From: an uncultured virus (IMG/VR IMGVR_UViG_3300022752_000052) | Lineage: Duplodnaviria; Heunggongvirae; Uroviricota; Caudoviricetes | DNA length: 64,000 nt | Reading direction: 5' to 3' (one strand) | IMG/VR virus record: IMGVR_UViG_3300022752_000052 | Span: 1 to 64,000 of that record | Shown: piece after piece, positions 8,569 to 18,196 of the stretch | Layout of the letters: every line of letters begins with the position of its first letter | How positions within the stretch are numbered: position 1 is the stretch's first letter | The notes under the pieces: model-generated | What the model saw: the letters and a program-made list of their open reading frames with translations, nothing else | Told to the model about the DNA's origin: nothing | The model's database searches: none | Position numbers and translations under genes: made by a program

Positions 8569-9141
8569 TTAATTTTCCGCGGGGCTACCCTCTCTATATA
8601 TCCTAATCATTTCTTCCATGTCTTCAGCATCAACATAAGAATAATCTTCCTTAATTTGTTCTTCACTTTCAATAAATCCCTCTTCAACATCAATAACAAA
8701 ATCTTCAAAAAAACCATCAGTACCTAAATGCTTATATTGATATTCCCTATAAGACATTTCAACTATACTCAATTCATCCCCATTTTCATCAATATCTATA
8801 ATACCTGCAAAGCCCATCCCTGGCTCTGAATATTCAATCCGTCCGTTCACTCCGTACTTCTTACATACTTTTTGAACAAATTCATTACATGGACTCCAAG
8901 CCGTTTCACAATTAAAATAATCATGTTGCTCCATTGTATCCCTAATGTCGTCATCCATCATCACACTCCATTTAGTACCGAACTCCGCATTCCATACATC
9001 ATAATTCCATTCACTCTTAATGTCCGTCAATGCAGTGAACATGCAATGACCATCCTTAATCATGCTAACATCTTTTTTCAATGTCTGCATAGCTTTTTCC
9101 GTACCTTCAAATGAGATACAATTTGAACACCAATTTGGCAT
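8569..9141 (-). CDS. MPNWC-start protein (DUF1281/YubB ferredoxin-like family)
   Basis: MPNWCSN, W...FGTKW, ETAWSP, YSEPGMGFAG motifs. Confidence 0.7.
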   Translation of the reverse strand: MPNWCSNCISFEGTEKAMQTLKKDVSMIKDGHCMFTALTDIKSEWNYDVWNAEFGTKWSVMMDDDIRDTMEQHDYFNCETAWSPCNEFVQKVCKKYGVNGRIEYSEPGMGFAGIIDIDENGDELSIVEMSYREYQYKHLGTDGFFEDFVIDVEEGFIESEEQIKEDYSYVDAEDMEEMIRIYREGSPAEN

Positions 9142-9434
9142 AATCTAAAAATTTAAATGGTTAATAATATGTCGCAAAGATAATAACATTCTATCTAATA
9201 TCATAATCATAGAATGAAAAATATATGTTAAATAAATGTTAAAATGAAATGCAGTAAAATGTAACTCATACTATATCTCATCTATTCCCTATCATCTAAT
9301 TGACATTGCAAAAATACACCCCATTTCCCTATTATCCTAATTTCAAATGTTAAAAGGATCTAAGAAAATGTTAAAAAAATGTTAAACCCGAATCCCCACA
9401 CATTACTGGCCATGCTGGAAAGAGGGGCCTGGAA

Positions 9435-9474
9435 AATTTACTCGGGCAAGGCTTTGCCTTGCCCGAGCGAAATT
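9435..9474. repeat. Cassette-boundary site 1 (type A, loop TTT)
   Basis: AATTTA-CTCGGGCAAGGC-TTT-GCCTTGCCCGAG-CGAAATT. Confidence 0.85.
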
Positions 9475-9539
9475 CACTAGCAACAAAAAAACTCCTGACA
9501 TAGACTGCCAGGAGCGAACCACTTAAACTTATTAACCTT

Positions 9540-9665
9540 TGGAAGTCAGGGCAGGACTTGAACCTGCAAGGCTACCGCGCTACCGCGTTGATACTTTTTT
9601 TATTTAACGTGAGGATAGCGTAACCTCATTACAGTTTTTTAGCGTCTACCTTCCGCCACCTGACT
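9540..9665 (-). ncRNA. tRNA-like RNA with anticodon/variable arm replaced by a ~70-nt insert
   Basis: AGTCAGG-TG-GCGGAAGGTAGACGC...GCAGG-TTCAAGT-CCTGC-CCTGACT-T-CCA; perfect 7-bp acceptor and 5-bp T stem. Confidence 0.7.
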
Positions 9666-9682
9666 TATCATTTACTTATTAA

Positions 9683-9892
9683 TTATTTCCTTTTTTCATA
9701 AGAATTAAATACATCACTAGATGGGATATAATTAGCCTCGTTCTTATAAAACAAAGCTGCATTAATTATAGCACTAATAAGTTCTTCTTCAGTCAAGTAC
9801 ACAAGTTCTGATGAATCAAACTCGTCTGAAAGTAAGTCTTCTAAAGTAATTACTAAATCTTTTCTAGTAAGATTTTTTAGTTCTACTAACAT
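9683..9892 (-). CDS. Small acidic hypothetical protein
   Basis: Start moved to MLVELK (9892). Confidence 0.7.
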   Translation of the reverse strand: MLVELKNLTRKDLVITLEDLLSDEFDSSELVYLTEEELISAIINAALFYKNEANYIPSSDVFNSYEKRK

Positions 9893-9915
9893 AATTTTAT
9901 AATTTAAAGTGGTGA

Positions 9916-10143
9916 TTAATAATCTTCTTCGATACACTCGATATGAAATGCTATTACATCTTCATCATCTTTAGTAAGAGTGCCAGCTTTAGCTCTCTCC
10001 AATAATTCAATTAATTCATTATAATCATCAAACATTTTATCTTCTTCTTCTTCGTCCATATAAGGTGAGTATATCATACAATGAGGATTGTAGGTTTCAA
10101 ACCAAGATTCTAACTTATCTAACATTTCATTGTCTAGCTGCAT
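9916..10143 (-). CDS. Small acidic hypothetical protein
   Basis: 75 aa, D/E-rich; promoter at 10178. Confidence 0.75.
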   Translation of the reverse strand: MQLDNEMLDKLESWFETYNPHCMIYSPYMDEEEEDKMFDDYNELIELLERAKAGTLTKDDEDVIAFHIECIEEDY

Positions 10144-10177
10144 GATTTAAAATTTAAAGTGGTGAATAATTATAGTG

Positions 10178-10234
10178 CAAAGATAAGGGTATCGAATATA
10201 CTATGCAATACCCTTATCGTTAATGTTTTGTTAA
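10178..10234 (-). promoter_or_regulatory. Bacteroidota-type promoter inside a palindrome (P1)
   Basis: Same family as 6810. Confidence 0.8.
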
Positions 10235-10236
10235 AA

Positions 10237-10791
10237 CTAGTATATTAGTTTTTTCTCTTGAATTAATAGTTCTGTGATGTCCTTTATATCTCTACCTAAG
10301 ATATGGAGCTTGATTACATCTTGCCCTAGTTCGATGATTTGAGAAACAGATTCTAGGGGGTATTCCTTATAAGAAGAATGCTCTAACCATCTTTTGCCTA
10401 TCCTAATAGTTCCCGTAAAATTGCAAGATAATTTTCTTCCACAACTTTCAAAAGGAGCGGCAAGATAGATTTTTATATATCCTCTACCATGGCCAAACAT
10501 TAAAGATTCACTAATCCCGTTATAATATAAAGTGATTTCATAATCTCCTCCACAAGCTAAATGAGCATACAGATTGTTGTAACCATTAACTTCAAAATAA
10601 GGTAAATCTAATTTATCCATAACATTGGATAGTTCACCATAATAACTAAGCACAAGTTCTTTGAATCTTTTAATAACTTCTAGATTGTGAGAGTCTATAT
10701 CTCTTACATTCTGATTTGACTCTTGAATCAAAGTTGACAAATTAAATACAGACAAATCAATATTGCCTTTGGTGGCTTTTAGTTCAAACAT
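10237..10791 (-). CDS. Hypothetical protein
   Basis: Start moved to MFELK (10791). Confidence 0.75.
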   Translation of the reverse strand: MFELKATKGNIDLSVFNLSTLIQESNQNVRDIDSHNLEVIKRFKELVLSYYGELSNVMDKLDLPYFEVNGYNNLYAHLACGGDYEITLYYNGISESLMFGHGRGYIKIYLAAPFESCGRKLSCNFTGTIRIGKRWLEHSSYKEYPLESVSQIIELGQDVIKLHILGRDIKDITELLIQEKKLIY

Positions 10792-10823
10792 AATAAATAA
10801 ATTTAGTGGTTTAAAATATAGTG

Positions 10824-10880
10824 CAAAGATAAGGGTATCGGATATACTATGCAATACCCTTATCGTTAATGTTTTGTTAA
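10824..10880 (-). promoter_or_regulatory. Bacteroidota-type promoter inside a palindrome (P1)
   Basis: Same family as 6810. Confidence 0.8.
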
Positions 10881-10896
10881 TTTTCCGCGGGGATTT

Positions 10897-11307
10897 TTAA
10901 CTCTTATATTCCCCCAATCCCATACCGTCAGGAATAGAATCAATACACAATTTATAGTCAACCGAAACAATGTGAGAAATATCCCTATTATCAATATCTT
11001 CCCCCAGAAAAGTCCAATTAGGAGCAACTTTAGGATTGTACTTAATTTTAAAATCAGACTCTTTAATAAAATCAGAATATCTAATCTCTAAATGATTACA
11101 TAAAATCCATGCACATACAACCTTAGTACTTTCCCCATTAAAAATCTTAGTAGCTAATTTCTTATTATTCTTTAAAGTGCATCCCATCATGATTAATTGA
11201 ACTTCACATGGATTGTAATATGTGACAACTCCATTATTGCCAATCACTCTCCATTTCATATAATTTTCTCCACGTTGTAAAGAGAATCTAACTTTAATCC
11301 TTTTCAT
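10897..11307 (-). CDS. Hypothetical phage protein
   Basis: 136-aa ORF with own promoter. Confidence 0.8.
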   Translation of the reverse strand: MKRIKVRFSLQRGENYMKWRVIGNNGVVTYYNPCEVQLIMMGCTLKNNKKLATKIFNGESTKVVCAWILCNHLEIRYSDFIKESDFKIKYNPKVAPNWTFLGEDIDNRDISHIVSVDYKLCIDSIPDGMGLGEYKS

Positions 11308-11393
11308 GTTTTTTAATTTAAGTGGTTAATAATCTGATGCAAATGTAGGGGGAATATTTGATAAAGTAAATACCCCCCTATGTTAATGTTATG

Positions 11394-12101
11394 TTAATGG
11401 ATTACATTGTAAATATTCTTAGCTTTCTTTCCACCTTCACACAATCCACATTTAGCGCAGCTTACTTGCTTTTCTTTTGCTATGGTTGGTGCTGATGGAC
11501 AAAGGATAGCACCTTCAACCTCACTAGCATTGTAAGACCTGAATCCAAGGCCTTCGGCTAATTTTACGTCAAAGATATTATGCGTACTAGCCATTAAGTA
11601 TTTTGCATAAGGCTTATTCTCTGGTTTGTGCCATTGGTGAGTATAGCCTGAAACCTTACCAACCAAAGGCCTTATTTGTTCTATCAACTCAAAAGGTAAT
11701 AATGTAGGCTCTCCATACGTTCCCAATCTAGCAAAGGATATTTTAACCTTTTTTGTAACGCTCGTAATTTGTTCCATTACGCCTTCAGCTCCTTCCGGAA
11801 TTAATCCGTTATCCAAACGCTTTTTTAAGGCTTTTAATTTTGCAATCAATCCCCATGCTAGGGATCCGTTCGCATGGGTATAGCAACCTCCTGACTTTCC
11901 GTCGTTTGCATTATAAGAGAACTTACAATCAAAACATACCTTTGAGTCATTTTTTAGGCTACCTTCATTAATCTGGTCAATAGAAAAATGATAAGTTTGT
12001 AAGATAATTTCGCCTTTTTTAGCGAGCTTCGGAGTGGCACTAGGCTTGATATCGATACAGTGGATAACGTCGCCTAATCTGAAATTAATTTGCTTAAGCA
12101 T
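11394..12101 (-). CDS. Cys-rich Gp88-like (radical-SAM-like) protein, paralog of 16125-16844
   Basis: CxDC...GCY, RLGxYG, GYTHQW, MAST, CP, CxxCxLC. Confidence 0.6.
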   Translation of the reverse strand: MLKQINFRLGDVIHCIDIKPSATPKLAKKGEIILQTYHFSIDQINEGSLKNDSKVCFDCKFSYNANDGKSGGCYTHANGSLAWGLIAKLKALKKRLDNGLIPEGAEGVMEQITSVTKKVKISFARLGTYGEPTLLPFELIEQIRPLVGKVSGYTHQWHKPENKPYAKYLMASTHNIFDVKLAEGLGFRSYNASEVEGAILCPSAPTIAKEKQVSCAKCGLCEGGKKAKNIYNVIH

Positions 12102-12326
12102 AACTTGTGTATTTAAGTGGTTAATAATCTGATGCAAAAATAAAAAGTAATTTTCTATTTTCCAAATTTAAGGCAAACTTTTTTTAAATTATTTTTTTGC
12201 CTTTCTAATTACTCTCTCTCTTAACAACACCACAAAGATAAGCATAAAAACAATACCTAGTAGTTAAGGGAGTGTTAATGTTTTCCCTATTTTAGTTAAG
12301 GAAATGTTAAGATCCGCCCCTGCAAA

Positions 12327-12366
12327 AAATTACTCGGGCAGGGCAAAGCCCTGCCCGAGCGAAATT
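12327..12366. repeat. Cassette-boundary site 2 (type A, loop AAA)
   Basis: CTCGGGCAGGGC-AAA-GCCCTGCCCGAG-CGAAATT. Confidence 0.85.
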
Positions 12367-12376
12367 CACTGGCATG

Positions 12377-12411
12377 AAAAAACCCTCCCGGAGTTAACCA
12401 GGAGGGTTTTT
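12377..12411 (-). terminator. Intrinsic terminator
   Basis: AAAAACCCTCC...GGAGGGTTTTT directly after the stop of 12414. Confidence 0.75.
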
Positions 12412-12413
12412 AT

Positions 12414-12890
12414 TTACGAGTGCATATTCACTAAGACAACAAAAGTAAATTTGCCATTAGTGTATAATTCAGAAATACCAGGTTCGTCAATACTTCCGTC
12501 ATAAAAAGTATCTGACCATATATCAACTTTAGTAGGGTCTGAAAGACTTGCTATTTCAGATTGCTCTTTGCAATAATTAGCGGCACATCTCCAATCAAAA
12601 GGATGAACTATTTCAGTATTCTCTAAATTAGACACCTTAAGGAATGCTTGCTTGTAGTAATCATTTACCTCTGTTAAAAAATTAAATCTATTTGGGTCAT
12701 TAAGTAATTCATCCTTAGTTATCCATTTCTCATCAAAAGATTCAGAGAATGATTTGTCTTCTTTGCAATGAGAACCCATGATAGTAAACCAATTATTCTC
12801 TGTACCCCAATCAAATAGATAGTCCTCAACAATGCCAATAGCGTCGGAATGAGAATCAGCTTTTGTTCTAATTAAATGCAGATTGTGCAT
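12414..12890 (-). CDS. Hypothetical protein
   Basis: Start moved to MHNLHL; ends VVLVNMHS. Confidence 0.75.
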   Translation of the reverse strand: MHNLHLIRTKADSHSDAIGIVEDYLFDWGTENNWFTIMGSHCKEDKSFSESFDEKWITKDELLNDPNRFNFLTEVNDYYKQAFLKVSNLENTEIVHPFDWRCAANYCKEQSEIASLSDPTKVDIWSDTFYDGSIDEPGISELYTNGKFTFVVLVNMHS

Positions 12891-12979
12891 AATTTTAAAA
12901 TTTAAAGTGGTGATTAATATTTTACAAAGATAGGAGGAACATTTTACATTTCCAAACATTCCCCCCACATTTTTTTAAA

Positions 12980-13705
12980 TTAATTTGCGAACTCCATAGA
13001 AAGATTAGCTAACCTCTCATTGATAATTGCAGTCTTGTTTGGGTCTTTCAATGCAGAATATTTTCTTCTACCTGCAAACCCATTAATCAATTTTTCTTGA
13101 ATGCGATTCTGAATTGCCCAAAGCGTATTTTCATCATCTGCGAACCTTTCTGACGCAAGTAATACCTTAGCCTCATTTTCTGTAAAGGCTCTCTTAAAAC
13201 GCAAAGCAGCAGCCTTCATGGCGAATTCAATAGCCTTTTCTTCGGTCAAGTTTACAGACATTTGCTGCAATACATATTCCTCGAGTTTAGGTAGCAATTC
13301 AAAAAAGTTGGCTACAATCTCACCTGAAATAACTTTCTCTGAAATATCGATTGCCTTCTTTCCAAAATGCCTTATTTTGAAAATCTTAGATTCAAATCTT
13401 GAATCCGATACAGTTAGTCCGTTTGAGCATACTAATCTAAATATCCCCATTGAACATTCAAACCCAACCGTTCCGTCAAACGAATTACGGATAACGACCT
13501 CTGGATATAAGGTTTCACCATTTAAGATTAATTCCTTATTGTACCTCATTCTAATAAGGTGCGCGGAACTTTTAGCACCTTTCTTTTTAGTCTGAAAGCC
13601 CGAAAGCTCAAAACCATTAGACTGAAGGTCATTAATTAATTTCTTTGAGCTAATAGCTACATACTTTGCGCTTAGATTTGCGCTTACTTCTTCTGTGAAA
13701 AGCAT
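12980..13705 (-). CDS. DUF932/DUF945-family protein
   Basis: NSFDG, GIFRLVCSNGL, LW..NRIQE motifs. Confidence 0.8.
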   Translation of the reverse strand: MLFTEEVSANLSAKYVAISSKKLINDLQSNGFELSGFQTKKKGAKSSAHLIRMRYNKELILNGETLYPEVVIRNSFDGTVGFECSMGIFRLVCSNGLTVSDSRFESKIFKIRHFGKKAIDISEKVISGEIVANFFELLPKLEEYVLQQMSVNLTEEKAIEFAMKAAALRFKRAFTENEAKVLLASERFADDENTLWAIQNRIQEKLINGFAGRRKYSALKDPNKTAIINERLANLSMEFAN

Positions 13706-13930
13706 ACATTAAAAATTTAAAGTGGTTAAGAATCTGATGCAAAAATAAAGAGTAATTTTCTATTTTCCAAATTTAAGGCAAACTTTTTTTAAATTATTTT
13801 TTGCCTTTCTAATTACCCTCTCTCTTTATAACACTACAAAGATAAGTATAAAAACAATACCTAGTAGTTAAGGGAGTGTTAATGTTTTCCCTATTTTAGT
13901 TAAGGAAATGTTAAAATCCTGGTCCTGCAA

Positions 13931-13970
13931 AAATTACTCAGGCAGGGCTTTGCCCTGCCTGAGCGAAATT
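13931..13970. repeat. Cassette-boundary site 3 (type A, loop TTT)
   Basis: CTCAGGCAGGGC-TTT-GCCCTGCCTGAG-CGAAATT. Confidence 0.85.
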
Positions 13971-14033
13971 CACTGGCATGAAGATCCCCGACGGACACTA
14001 AATCCGACGGGGCAAAAAACAAGTCATGTATTC

Positions 14034-14243
14034 TTACCTTAGCTTTGCTCTAAAATAATTAAAAACTTCGGGGATATCTTTCTTGTAATACGGTTGATTA
14101 TCCTTAAGCCATTCCTTTAGTTCTTTGTCATTTTTAAAAGGTGCTGTCCAGGAATGACTATTAATAATTCTATTAAAAGTGGGCTCAAGTTCATCTATAA
14201 AATCTTGAACTGTCCAACCTTCCCAAATATGTTTATTATTCAT
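14034..14243 (-). CDS. Hypothetical protein
   Basis: Start moved to MNNKHIWEGW. Confidence 0.75.
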   Translation of the reverse strand: MNNKHIWEGWTVQDFIDELEPTFNRIINSHSWTAPFKNDKELKEWLKDNQPYYKKDIPEVFNYFRAKLR

Positions 14244-14336
14244 TTTACTTTTTTTAAGTTTTTCGCGGGGATTAATATAATTTAAAGATAGGGAGAACAT
14301 TTATATTTTTAAACATTCCCCCATCTTTTTTAAATC

Positions 14337-14729
14337 CTATCCATATATAATTTCATTTAAAAATACAATCTGTAAAACAACATCTCCAGTAACTGCATCA
14401 TCATTATCATTTATCATGTCTAACAGATGGTCTAAGGGAACATTCTTAACTCTTTCATGTACTGTATCTAATGTAATATATTCTGTATCCATTCCACCTT
14501 CAAGGTCTTTCAATCCAATTCTAACTCCATCTCTTAACATTTGCATTAAAACATCTTCATAACATGGACTACTCAATTTAGCCTTAGCATTATTGTAGTC
14601 AGATTGTTTGTACTTTAAATCAAGTCCATATCCACTACACATATAATCCAATGAATTACATAAAGCATTGAAAAAAATCTCTTCGCTCAATTCATTTGTA
14701 AGCGAAACTTTTAAACCTTCTTTGTTCAT
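14337..14729 (-). CDS. Hypothetical phage protein
   Basis: C-terminal DAVTGDVVLQ...EIIYG motif. Confidence 0.8.
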   Translation of the reverse strand: MNKEGLKVSLTNELSEEIFFNALCNSLDYMCSGYGLDLKYKQSDYNNAKAKLSSPCYEDVLMQMLRDGVRIGLKDLEGGMDTEYITLDTVHERVKNVPLDHLLDMINDNDDAVTGDVVLQIVFLNEIIYG

Positions 14730-14771
14730 TTTTTAAGTATTTAAGTGGTGATTAAGATATTGAAATTCTAC

Positions 14772-14999
14772 TTATCTGTTTTCCATAATTTGACTAATCA
14801 TAATATCCATTGCTTCCTTATGCGTGAGAATGTTTCCAAACTCTAACATACTTTCTTCATCATAATATACTCCATTTCTGTCATTCCATTTTAACCAACT
14901 AATTAAGCTTTCTCTTGTCCATTTGCTTAATTCCTCTCTTAATTGTGATTCATTCATAGAATCATCTAAGATTCCATAAAAATTATGTCTTGTTCCCAT
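14772..14999 (-). CDS. Hypothetical protein
   Basis: Start moved to MGTRHNF; WLKWNDRNGVY. Confidence 0.75.
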   Translation of the reverse strand: MGTRHNFYGILDDSMNESQLREELSKWTRESLISWLKWNDRNGVYYDEESMLEFGNILTHKEAMDIMISQIMENR

Positions 15000-15081
15000 A
15001 GATACTTTATTTAAGTGGTGATTAATATAAGGCAAAGATAAGGGGAATATTTTACATTTCCAAACATTCCCCTCACATTTT

Positions 15082-15576
15082 TTACGCTAATTGAAAAACT
15101 TCTTTTGCTTTTAGATTCTGAATGCAGTCAACCTCAATCATTCTCAATTCAAACTCATTAGATTCCGTTTCTGGTTCTATTTCTTGCATTCTTTTAACTA
15201 ATGCTAACCGATTCCGTTCTGTTGTTGCGTCTGGAAAACCCCATCTAACTTGTTTTCCTGGAATTAAGAAAATGCGTAGAAATTTCTTTAGGTTCTTTGG
15301 ATTGTCGAATAAATGACCTTTGTTATCCAAAGCTCTAGCCCAACCTGGATTTACTACAACTTCCTCGCCCTCTCTATTCTCTAATCTTTTTTTGTAGGTG
15401 CTACCCAATTGGCAGGTACGAAAAGTAATGCAGCGCACTTCTTCGCGAGAAATACCATTAGCAGCCAACCAACCATAAGTTAGCTTTTTTGCTACCTTTT
15501 CTGCTGATGACTCATACTGGATAGCAGCAAAAGTGTTTCTAGGCGATAAGCCCTCGATGAAATTTAGAATACTCAT
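15082..15576 (-). CDS. Hypothetical protein
   Basis: 164-aa ORF with own promoter. Confidence 0.8.
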   Translation of the reverse strand: MSILNFIEGLSPRNTFAAIQYESSAEKVAKKLTYGWLAANGISREEVRCITFRTCQLGSTYKKRLENREGEEVVVNPGWARALDNKGHLFDNPKNLKKFLRIFLIPGKQVRWGFPDATTERNRLALVKRMQEIEPETESNEFELRMIEVDCIQNLKAKEVFQLA

Positions 15577-15705
15577 AAGACTTGTTTATTAAGTGGTTTA
15601 AAATTATGATACAAAGATAAGGGTAAAATCAATACCTAGTAGTTAAGAGAATGTTAATGTTTTCCCTATTTTAGTTAAAGAAATGTTAAAATCCGCCCCT
15701 GCAAA

Positions 15706-15745
15706 AATTTACTCAGGCAGGGCGGAGCCCTGCCTGAGCGAAATT
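15706..15745. repeat. Cassette-boundary site 4 (type A, loop GGA)
   Basis: CTCAGGCAGGGC-GGA-GCCCTGCCTGAG. Confidence 0.85.
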
Positions 15746-15811
15746 CACTGGCATGAAAGATCCCCGACGGACACTAAATCCGACGGGGCTAAAAAACAAG
15801 TTATTATATTT

Positions 15812-16042
15812 TTAGTAGTTTATGCCTCCTTCGCATCTACCGTTATTAAAAATTTGGTCGTCGCTTGGGTCTTCGTCGTAAATTGTTAGTATGTAATTTA
15901 CAAATTTTTCTAAGTCCTTTTTTGATATACCGTTGAACCCGTCGAAGTCCTTAAGTTCTGATACCGTTTCTTTTGCAAGTATTATAAGCTCTTCGTTTAT
16001 GTCGTTTTGAGAGCTTGCAGATATCCTACTGTTGATTGCCAT
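15812..16042 (-). CDS. Hypothetical protein
   Basis: 76-aa ORF between promoter and hairpin. Confidence 0.7.
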   Translation of the reverse strand: MAINSRISASSQNDINEELIILAKETVSELKDFDGFNGISKKDLEKFVNYILTIYDEDPSDDQIFNNGRCEGGINY

Positions 16043-16124
16043 AACTTTATAATTTTAAGTGATTAATAATATGTTGCAAATATAAGGGGAATATTTGAAA
16101 TATCCAAACATTCCCCTATATTTT

Positions 16125-16844
16125 TTAGTGTTTAGGAATATAAATATTTTTTGCGCTTATTGAATTTCCCGCACAAAGTCCACAATTGGCGCAAGATACC
16201 CTTTTTTCCTTTTCTATCGTTGGTGATGATGGACACATAATACTGTTTTCTATGGTGCCTACATTGAACGTCCTGAAGCCTAAATCATTGGCTATTTTTG
16301 CCTCAAAAATATTATGCGTCGAAGCCATCAATAATTTAGCGTATTCCTTAAATTCCGGTTTGTTCCACTGATGGGTATAACCCGTTTTACGTTTTGCTAA
16401 TTTAGATAAACCGTTTAACAAATCTAAAGGTAGTGTAACCGCTTCACCATACGAGCCAAACCGTACTAATGAAATATTTAGATTTTTGGCAGTCAATTTA
16501 TCTAAATACTTGTTTAATAAAGGCAGTACGTCGCTATAATCTGTAGCTAATAAACCTAATTTATACTTTTTATTAAGAGAGCGTAATTTAGATTTTAAGC
16601 CTTTTAGCATATTACCTTTATGCGTATAACAGCCACCACTTTTACCGCTGTTTTGATTGTAGCTAAAAGGACAATCTAAACAATTTTCTTTATCTTGAGT
16701 AAAGTCATTGTTTATAACTTGCTGCAAATCATAGTGATACGTTTGTACAACAAAACGACCACCAAGTTTTTTTGTAGCCGATAATTTAAGGTCTATAGAA
16801 TGTACTGTTTGACCTAAAATAAAATTGAAACCTAAGATTTTCAT
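16125..16844 (-). CDS. Cys-rich Gp88-like (radical-SAM-like) protein, paralog of 11394-12101
   Basis: Same motifs: CLDC, GGCYTH, RFGSYGE, GYTHQW, CANCGLC. Confidence 0.6.
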   Translation of the reverse strand: MKILGFNFILGQTVHSIDLKLSATKKLGGRFVVQTYHYDLQQVINNDFTQDKENCLDCPFSYNQNSGKSGGCYTHKGNMLKGLKSKLRSLNKKYKLGLLATDYSDVLPLLNKYLDKLTAKNLNISLVRFGSYGEAVTLPLDLLNGLSKLAKRKTGYTHQWNKPEFKEYAKLLMASTHNIFEAKIANDLGFRTFNVGTIENSIMCPSSPTIEKEKRVSCANCGLCAGNSISAKNIYIPKH

Positions 16845-16985
16845 AACCTGTTTTTGTTTAAGTGATTAATTAATTGCATTACAAAGATAATACTATTTTT
16901 TAAATTTTAATAATAAGTTTAGTTAAAAAAGTGTTAATGTTTTCCCTATTTTAGTTAAAGAAATGTTAAGATTCGCCCCTGCAAA

Positions 16986-17025
16986 AATTTACTCAGGCAA
17001 GGCTCCGCCTTGCCTGAGCGAAATT
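16986..17025. repeat. Cassette-boundary site 5 (type A, loop TCC)
   Basis: CTCAGGCAAGGC-TCC-GCCTTGCCTGAG. Confidence 0.85.
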
Positions 17026-17079
17026 CGCTAGCATAAGAATGCCCACCAAACCGTTCCGTTTGGTGGGTTTCTTTATTTA

Positions 17080-17316
17080 TTAGTGAGCTAAAAGATATAT
17101 CCCAGGTTGTCCCTTTGAAGGTCCGTTTCCAACAGGTATCGGCCTTATGGGCTTTTGTATTTTAAATTGGTTTTCAAACCGATTAATTTCGTTATCCAAT
17201 TCATAGGCTACATCTATAAAATCGGTAAAATCTAAATTACCGTTTTCTGAAATTGCCTTTTTAATAGCCGATTGAAGAGTTTTTAAAGCGCCTTTTTTTT
17301 CTTTTAAAGTAACCAT
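17080..17316 (-). CDS. Hypothetical protein
   Basis: 78-aa ORF; P1-like promoter at 17350-17406. Confidence 0.7.
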   Translation of the reverse strand: MVTLKEKKGALKTLQSAIKKAISENGNLDFTDFIDVAYELDNEINRFENQFKIQKPIRPIPVGNGPSKGQPGIYLLAH

Positions 17317-17402
17317 TTTTAAGTTTTTTGTGGTTTAAAAATTATAAAGCAAAGATAAGGGTATTGAATGTATTATGCAATACCCTCGGTGTTAACGTTT
17401 TG

Positions 17403-17579
17403 TTAAATTATCAGTACTGCAAATAATACAATTAGCAATATCCATAAGGACGAACCAATAAAAAATTTTGTTAACGTCTGTTTTACTGTATCGCCGTCGG
17501 CTTCGCTATTTAAAATCATAGCGTATAAACTAATCGGAAACCAACAGCCTAAAAAGAAAATTAAAATGAATAGGTACAT
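17403..17579 (-). CDS. Small two-TM membrane protein (not in ORF track)
   Basis: Translated by hand: MYLFILIFFLGCWFPISLYAMILNSEADGDTVKQTLTKFFIGSSLWILLIVLFAVLII. Confidence 0.65.
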   Translation of the reverse strand: MYLFILIFFLGCWFPISLYAMILNSEADGDTVKQTLTKFFIGSSLWILLIVLFAVLII

Positions 17580-17725
17580 AACTTGTTTATTTAACGCCTT
17601 CGCTTCATTGCGACTGCATTACAAAGATAATACTATTTTTTAAATTTTAATAATAAGTAGTAGTTAATAAGTGTTAATATTTTCGCTATTTTAGTTAAAG
17701 AAATGTTAAAATCCGCCCCTGCAAA

Positions 17726-17765
17726 AATTTACTCAGGCAAGGCGGAGCCTTGCCGGAGCGAAATT
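17726..17765. repeat. Cassette-boundary site 6 (type A, loop GGA)
   Basis: CTCAGGCAAGGC-GGA-GCCTTGCCGGAG. Confidence 0.85.
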
Positions 17766-17854
17766 CGCTAGCGGATTGATTCGGACAAAATCCAGGATTT
17801 ATAGGTAGCTATTATTTGAGGGGTTGAGCCGTAACTCAACCCCGAATTTCCGTT

Positions 17855-18052
17855 CTACAATCGGTTGTATTGAGACTTTGCGACTCTTAGCTGACCTTCT
17901 GTTAGAACATCCTTAGCCCACCTCTTGAAGGAAGCAAAGTTCACCACGGTATCTATGTCCCTACCGTTCTGGGTTACTCTAACTTTTTTTCCTAGTACAG
18001 AAGCTGAGAAAATGATTCTGATACCGTTCGATTCTAAAATGGTGCTTTTCAT
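17855..18052 (-). CDS. Small basic hypothetical protein
   Basis: Sole ORF of its unit, with promoter and hairpin. Confidence 0.7.
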   Translation of the reverse strand: MKSTILESNGIRIIFSASVLGKKVRVTQNGRDIDTVVNFASFKRWAKDVLTEGQLRVAKSQYNRL

Positions 18053-18196
18053 GGTACTTGTTTTTACGTTTAAGTGATTAATTAATTGCTTTTGATTGCA
18101 TTACAAAGATAAACAAAAAAGTAATAAGTAGTAGTTAATAAGTGTTAATATTTTTGCTATTTTAGTTAAAGAAATGTTAAGATCCGCCGCTGCAAA

